The notes under the pieces were generated by a model, which saw nothing but the letters and a program-made list of their open reading frames with translations, had not been told where the DNA came from and did no database searches. 41,822 nt of DNA from assembly GCA_025201805.1 (NCBI GenBank), contig MU619423.1:1-41822 (forward strand). Direction: 5' to 3'. The translations under genes and the position numbers were made by a program. Positions 35,405 to 41,822 of this stretch are shown piece by piece (within the stretch, counting starts at the first letter, position 1; each line of letters starts with the position of its first letter). The DNA is from Parasitella parasitica NRRL 2501 (Eukaryota > Fungi > Mucoromycota).

Positions 35405-36122
35405 ATTTATTTTTCTTGTAATAGTGCAATGATTATTTATTTTTACACAGACTCCGTAACGGATCAGTCATATAGGGGAATGTATTGCACAATAGTCGCT
35501 ACATTCAAGCAACAGTTGATATATATGAAAGGTTATTGATAGTAGTACGATTTCTTTTGTAGATAGCCCTGTACACATATGAAACTACACAACCCCTAGA
35601 TCATATCTTCTGCACATAATTTGCACCTGTTGTCATCCAGATCAACGATCATTACACTTTACATACATATATACTTACTAGCCATTCACATTTGGGCTGA
35701 ACGACCCGTTTAGCAAAAGCCATGATCTACTATCAAAAACTTGAAATTAACCGTGTTTGTATTTACAATGCAAAATTTGCAACGGAAAAACTATACTATG
35801 AACTAATTTTATATTTGAGCACGATGTTTTCCTTACAAAGCTCAATTATCTATAGCTTGCTTCAAATTTCAAGGAGCTGGCATAGACAAAGCATTGTTGG
35901 CTTGATTTGAGATGTTCATTCGGAAATTGATGCCAAGTAGACGCTATATCAAGCAAATGCTAAACAAGCAAGATTTCATGATATCAATGGCTATTTAACA
36001 TTTGAGCACGGACTTATCCTTGTAAAATAGTTTTCATATGAATGAAACGCAAGCTAAAATATAGCACCATAGAGGATCCATGATTTACTAATGGCTTTTA
36101 CATCTATTGATGAAATGTAAAA

Positions 36123-37742
36123 CAACATGTTTAGTGGACAATAGCAATTTTATTACAGTGCATAGGTATAAAGGTCATGGATAAAATTGCTGAGCATCAC
36201 TAAAAATCATAAATGTTCATACATACGCATAGAGTAACATGGATTTAAGGAATGTTAATAAAGGAGAGTGTATGTGTCATAAAGCATACAACATATATTA
36301 TGTATCATATATCATAAATAAACGAATGTCGAATGAGGGGAAATGTCGCACCTTGGTTTTATTGGTGGACATGTCTGATTCTACCATTGTTGCTCATAAT
36401 ATACTGATAAAATAAAACATTGGCCTTCCATAAGCATACAATAATGGCAACGTAACTGACTCTTGTAATTGCCGGGAATCTTGGGACTAAAGATAATACC
36501 AACAGGCCTACAAAAGATACGCAATAAAGACATAATATCAAAGTGTGGGCCTTTTCTGGCATGAAATCACGCGTGATCCAGAGAGGAACCAAAGTGAGCA
36601 TCATTACAAACGTAGCGATATTTTTAAGTACAATATCGATGATAGCTTGATCTTGAGGCATTTTGTTGCTAAAAGAGGAGGGGAAGAGCTAAACCATGGA
36701 TGAGAATCAAGGCCGTTTTTATTCATTTTTGCAAGCTCACGCATGGATGAATGGCTCCAATGCAAGATGTATGATTTGTTCTGCCAAAATAAAAAAAAAT
36801 GGCTTCTTGTGATCAGTATTAACAATCACTCGTAGGCTAATTACTGAGGTGTAAATGAGTCATGTATCATGAGTAGAAAAAGAATGTGTTTATCACAAAA
36901 ATGCCACTTAATGACCAGTGTGTAGGAGGTATATCAGACCATCTAAGAACCACATTAATTTTTAAAATGAGCGATATGAGTACAGGCTTGCTCACCTTGT
37001 AACTAACTATTTAGCTTGATATCAAATAATCATGAACTCACGTATATAGTGAAGCATTGAAAGCTTTTGAAAGTCATATAATCCAATACTATCACAACAG
37101 AATTAACACAGCTTATTCAATTTGATGGCATATTATCACAGATTGCATGCCGGTATTGCACTATGAGTCCAGGTAATTATCGAATTCTCTGGATTGATTA
37201 CAATGATGCGCAACTTTGGGCCTTTTATGATGGAGTAGGTAAAATTTTTATGTACCATGTGAACATTTGATTGTTGGTCCCTTTGATTGACGAGATTTTA
37301 ATACGAGTACATGTGATAAGATGGGTTAATTGCAGGATTTGTGAATCTTCATTCAAGTACATGTGTGTAAGTGATAAAATCAGAGAAGCGAAAGAAAAAA
37401 ATTACCCATAACTGTCTAAGATTCAAATATATGTCTGATTTCTATGACTAATGGAACTATCATATTATATGTAAACTACTCAACGCTTATTCTCTATTGC
37501 GTTCGTCGTACTTTGTATTGAAGTTATATATAAATTCCAAATCTTCGACCAAATCAACATATATATTATACTCAGGATGTATTTGGGCATCAAGAGGTAA
37601 ATTGGGTTTTCTGGTGAATTTGGGTAAGCTTTAAAAAGCATTGGACACGCACTTTTGCTTAAACAACACAGCAATTCTAAGGGATAATTTATCAAGTTCA
37701 AGCTGCATTACATTTAAAGTAAAAGCTGAAGGAAGAGAAGAT
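36123..37742 (-). repeat. Right arm of the inverted duplication (partner 26185-27794)
   Basis: Near-identical reverse complement of the left arm; carries an extra 10 nt (ACATTTATGA in left-arm orientation) near 36210-36220. Confidence 0.95.
36359..36661 (-). CDS. Orphan ~3-TM small protein, paralog B2 (100 aa)
   Basis: Identical to B1 except Y44C and one adjacent synonymous change (CTG/CTT). Confidence 0.72.
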   Translation of the reverse strand: MPQDQAIIDIVLKNIATFVMMLTLVPLWITRDFMPEKAHTLILCLYCVSFVGLLVLSLVPRFPAITRVSYVAIIVCLWKANVLFYQYIMSNNGRIRHVHQ

Positions 37743-38798
37743 CCACACGCTGTACTTATTTCCTCATACATATTTGGCAATTGCAGGTAAGAACCGCTAT
37801 TTTATTGGCCATACAACATTGTAAATCTAGTAGCCCAAGCTTGGATCCTGAAAATACAATTGTTCAGAGGATATCCTATTGAATACTTTTATCTCAAATA
37901 AAAAACATGTAAGGAAATTCTTTCCTATTAATAGGCGTCGCAGTAAAAAAAGTTGATACAAAGTGATAACCTCTTGTCTCATACCACACTTTTCTTATTT
38001 GTTACAGTGGGAATGTTATATGGGCTATAATGTGTCTAAAAAGGATTCGAATGACACTATCGTGAATGGCCTATTCTTTTGGATAAACAAATGTTTGATT
38101 GCTCGTTAATTCGATCTGAAGCTGATCGATGCTAATGAAACTTCTATTAATAGATTTCTTTTGAAATGAATGAAATCTTAAAGTCCATTGTACCTGCGTA
38201 GAGCATTTTGCCACATAGTGAACAAATAAGTATCGATACTGTGGGTCAACTCTGTGGACCCATCGAGGTTCAGAAGACGAAACAATTAAATACCTTCATG
38301 TATTAGACGAAGGCTTGCAGTAACATATTTACTTAATTGGGTATGTGGTATAATTTATGCGACATAAGACAAGATTCAAAGACTTTTACAGCAGCACTCA
38401 TCACTTATCATTTGCCATAATGCATCCTGCAAAATCGGTATACATAATAAATAATAGCTACTACATTATTAACTTAAAATCCTTAATCAGATAGCTTTTA
38501 CGAATGATTTCTAGCATGAAACCTAATTTGTATGCTGTCCTTAAGGTCTAGACTTTACACAAATCTTTATTTTCTGATTATTTTTATTGTTGTGCGCAGA
38601 ATATAAAGTAAAATGCAAGTAAGATAAGATTAAATTTTATTGTGTAGTACTTTTTTGAAAGTAAACTAATGTAAAATCAAATTGCTATTTTACATTCATA
38701 TTTATTCCATGCACAAAAATCGCCGTTCTCTGGTAACAACTTTAACATATTAACATATTATTAATTCAATAGAACGGAGTGTACATATTATTAAATTA

Positions 38799-39520
38799 AT
38801 TAGAACTTTTTTTTTTATAAGGGAGACGCACTCCAGTGTTTTATTTAATGTCCTTTAAATGTCATAAGAGGGAAAGAAAAGACGGGGTATTGATAGTACT
38901 TATAGGAAACAATATATGGAATAAAGAGGAAAATAGAACAGAATGACAAAAGTTAAATGAAATAAAGATATACTTACAAATTTAGTTTTAGTTCAGCATC
39001 CAGGCGATTCAAAGTACGAGTAAGGCAATGTGTTACTGAAGTCGAGAGGAACGGTGTTTGGTCGAAAATCCACGCCACGTAGGTATCCCTGGGTGGGGTT
39101 GGATATCCTCTGGTCGAGGAATGGTCAATGAGGCAGTCGTTTCGGGGAGGGCAGGTGAGAAAGCTGTTGAGCTCATAGTAGATGGTACCGATGAAGCTGT
39201 AATAGCGTCTTTGTCCGATGTAACTTGTTTCTTGAGTCGAGAAGATACTCTGGTAGGTACAGTGGTAGCTTTGATCGTAGAGAAACGTCGTTTCTGCGAT
39301 ATGGGGAGTTTGGAGATGTTTTTACTAGGAGCGCTCTGTCTTTTAGTAGTGAGACGGGAAGACGACGAAACTGTACTGGGTGCCTGCAGGTAAGGTGTCT
39401 GCCTGAGGGCTTATGTGTGTGGTTGGTGGTACTTTGTTCTTTGATGTTTGCTGTTTATTGATGTCGTTTTCGGGAACTGAAAATACCCAAAAACAATTTA
39501 GTTGTATTATTGATTAGAAC
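38799..39520 (-). mobile_element. Poly(A)-tailed retro-insertion (~700 bp; truncated retroelement or retrocopy) with a candidate ATTAGAAC target-site duplication
   Basis: T10 at 38807-38816 is the minus-strand poly-A, ~22 nt downstream of AATAAA. ATTAGAAC at 38799-38806 and 39513-39520. The interior is more GC-rich than its flanks. Confidence 0.55.
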
Positions 39521-39528
39521 GGAGTGTA

Positions 39529-41254
39529 CTGTGCTTCCACTCCCAATTTACCGAATTTTTGAAAACTCCGCCCACTTTTTTGAATTGTTTTGGACATTTT
39601 TGTGAGGCTAAATTGCCCAAAAATTTGAGACTGATTTGACCAGATGTTCGAAGCTAATTTGACCAATTTTATGAAAATAAATTGACCAACTTTTACTTAA
39701 TTGAGTTGACCACTTTTTGATAAAATGTAAAAGTGATTATATAGCTTCTTTATTAATGCATTTTGGAAAAATATCGATTGAGTGTTGAATAAAATTTTGT
39801 AAATGCTCAACGGGAACATCTTCGCTGCCCTCAATAACTCTAGAAGTAAGAGTTTCAACATCACTAAGCTTGCCTCTTTTGACTCTGTCTTTTAAAACTT
39901 TCCAAAACATTTAAATAGGAATCAGCTCAGGCGAGTAGGGTGGTAATTATACAGGTATATACCCTCTTTCTTTGATAATAGGGTCAATAACTCCCGGGGT
40001 ATGGATGGGAGCATTGTCCATTACAATATGGAAGCCTTTCATACTGGGAAATTCATCCATGATATCCAACGTATCGCTGATAAACTGTATAAAATGTCCA
40101 GCTGTAGTGCCTTTGGGAATAGCTGACACAGCATCTCCAGTGACCTTACGTTTTGTAGCGCCAACAACTTTTCTTTTTTTGACATTTTCTGGCTCTCTCA
40201 TACTTACATTTACTACACCAAATGCTGAAATAGCACCGATAATTGTATGAGAAACCCCCCTCGCAGAGGGTGACTCGATGACTGCCTCAGTACCACGTTT
40301 TGACCAAGCTCTTGAACGACGCATATTAACGTCAAAACCTGCCTCGTCAAGAAAGACACAGTTTTGCATAAAAAGCATGCCCTTTTGAACCCCTTCCTCA
40401 ACCCATTTGGCACGGGCCTCCAAAGTTGTTTTGCTGTTTCTTGCCTGAGGATGACGAGTGACAACTTTTATGCTCAGGTTGCACTCTTCTTTCATGAACT
40501 CAGCAACTCTACTCTTCTTAATTTCTAAGCCTTCAAAGCTTCTCGTTAAATCTTCCACTGCGTCTTGGATGACTGCGGATGGGTTCTCGTCAAAGAAGGA
40601 GGTGATATGTTCCTTATGGCTCTCGTTTAGCTTACTTTTATGACAGATAGAAGTGCGGTTTGTTTTTTTAAAAGGGATGTTGTGCTCTGGATCTTTCTTG
40701 TAAACTGCTTTCCATTTTCGAGCAGTTTCATAATTAACATTAGCCAGTTTTGCAGCTTCTGCTGGTTTCATAAGCTTTTCCTGAATAAAAAAGAAGTATC
40801 GCAATCGGTCTTCGGTGGTGTAAACATTGTACTCTGATAGCCTTGCATTTTTTGTAGGTGCTTCTTGCATTATCAGTGTCTTTCGGTTCTTCCTCCTCAA
40901 CTATTACTTTTTTATTTTTGATATATTTATGCAAGTTTGTCAAACTTGTCAGTCTGAATGACGGGTCTACAACAAAAGCAGCTGCTTCATTGCCAGACTC
41001 GTCCACTATTCCACCTCTACCATCTTCGCGAAAGAAATTCATTTGGAAAATTTAGAAGATAAAAAGTCAAAAGCTGATCAGTTCAAATTAAAAGTTGGTC
41101 AATTTATTTTCATAAAATTGGTCAAATTAGCTTCGAACATCTGGTCAAATTAGTCTCAAATTTTTGGGCAATTTAGCCTCACAAAAATGTCCAAAACAAT
41201 TCAAAAAAGTGGGCGGAGTTTTCAAAAATTCGGTAATTGGGAGTGGAAGCACAG
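39529..41254 (-). mobile_element. Full-length Tc1/IS630-superfamily DNA transposon (1726 bp), ~167-bp TIRs, TA TSD
   Basis: TIRs at 39529-39695 and 41089-41254 (CTGTGCTTCCACTCCCAA..., one indel and one substitution seen); TA at 39527-28 and 41255-56; subterminal TTGACCA repeats. Confidence 0.95.
39737..41042 (-). pseudogene. Inactivated DD34E transposase
   Basis: HTH region (AEAAKLANVNYETARKW), FLDEAGF, VMDNAPIH and LPPYSPEL. Frameshift near 40870-40900, stop at 39947-39949, and the catalytic Glu codon replaced by TAA at 39911-39913 (34 residues after the second Asp). Confidence 0.92.
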
Positions 41255-41822
41255 TACAGCTTAAAAATTGCCTTTTTTGGATTTCGAATCTCCTAATTTG
41301 GTTGATTCAATCTATTTCGCCCGACTTTCAACATGATTTACTCTGTTGAAAGAGCACTTATTTCAAATCAAAATACATGACCATTTATTTAACGCTTTAT
41401 TGCATACGCACATATTATTTTTATAGTTTTCTAAAGCTTCTATATGTTTTGAATTAGTTTTTGAAAATGAGATATACTTGATTTAACGCCGACTTCTCAA
41501 AAATTCGAAACTTGACTGGGAATTACAAAACCAAACAAAGCATTCAAACACTCTATTCCTCGCTGGATTGTGTTTATTTTCCTGTGTTCTTGTAAATATT
41601 ATTATTTACATTTACAGAAAAGTCCTTTCCTCGAAAAGAGTTGTCGGTATTCCGAAACAAGGATTGGCAGAGATTAATACCACGTGACTATAATTTAAAG
41701 CTCCGAAATACAAAAACTTAAAATTTTTTTTGCAGATAACTTTTGATAGAAAGGTCGCCCAGTGCAAATCAAGTTATGCTCATGTAGCGATAATCATGCC
41801 TGTTCTTATGGCGCATAAGACA

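Noticed and set aside
26185-37742. Interpreting the inverted arms as TIRs of a giant transposon or as LTRs
   Set aside because: No transposase or recombinase, no TSD, homology fades gradually outward, and the interior is housekeeping genes.
39058-39461. Plus-strand ORFs 39058-39393 and 39225-39461
   Set aside because: TTG starts, antisense to the poly(A)-defined orientation of the insertion, no motifs.
41325-41352. 9-bp hairpin CTTTCAACA...TGTTGAAAG right of the Tc1 element
   Set aside because: May belong to another decayed transposon, but no termini or ORF support it within the window.
1-41822. CRISPR arrays, tRNA/rRNA genes, prokaryotic operons
   Set aside because: The sequence is intron-rich eukaryotic DNA; no repeat-spacer array or structured RNA gene was recognised by eye.

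Overview
Eukaryotic, gene-dense fungal DNA with short GT-AG introns, consistent with Mucoromycota/Mucorales (inferred from intron size, AT-rich spacers and gene style; species not identifiable). Hand-spliced models support about 15 conserved genes: TRS33, a Kelch-BTB protein (Mds3/Ral2-like), MVP1, SEC2, kinesin-6, PRE9, TMEM19/DUF92, HP1/Swi6, UPF0658, RAX1, a divergent Bax-inhibitor-1, TRA2, DGK1, an EML1-like mitochondrial protein, U2A' and cactin. Mobile DNA comprises a pogo-like TIR at the left edge, a poly(A)-tailed retro-insertion, and a full-length but dead Tc1/IS630 (DD34E) element. The most unusual structure is a family of three orphan ~100-aa, ~3-TM genes (25039, 27266, 36661). Two sit in the arms of a ~1.6-kb, ~99%-identical inverted repeat that brackets an 8.3-kb block holding three splicing-factor genes. 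The arms show gene-conversion-like boundaries, and the third paralog keeps recognisable non-coding flanks while its protein is only ~20% identical. A second notable feature is an apparent TFIIS-N-terminal/LEDGF-IBD-like domain in the kinesin-6 tail. All alignments and percentages were made by eye and are approximate; no database searches were run.
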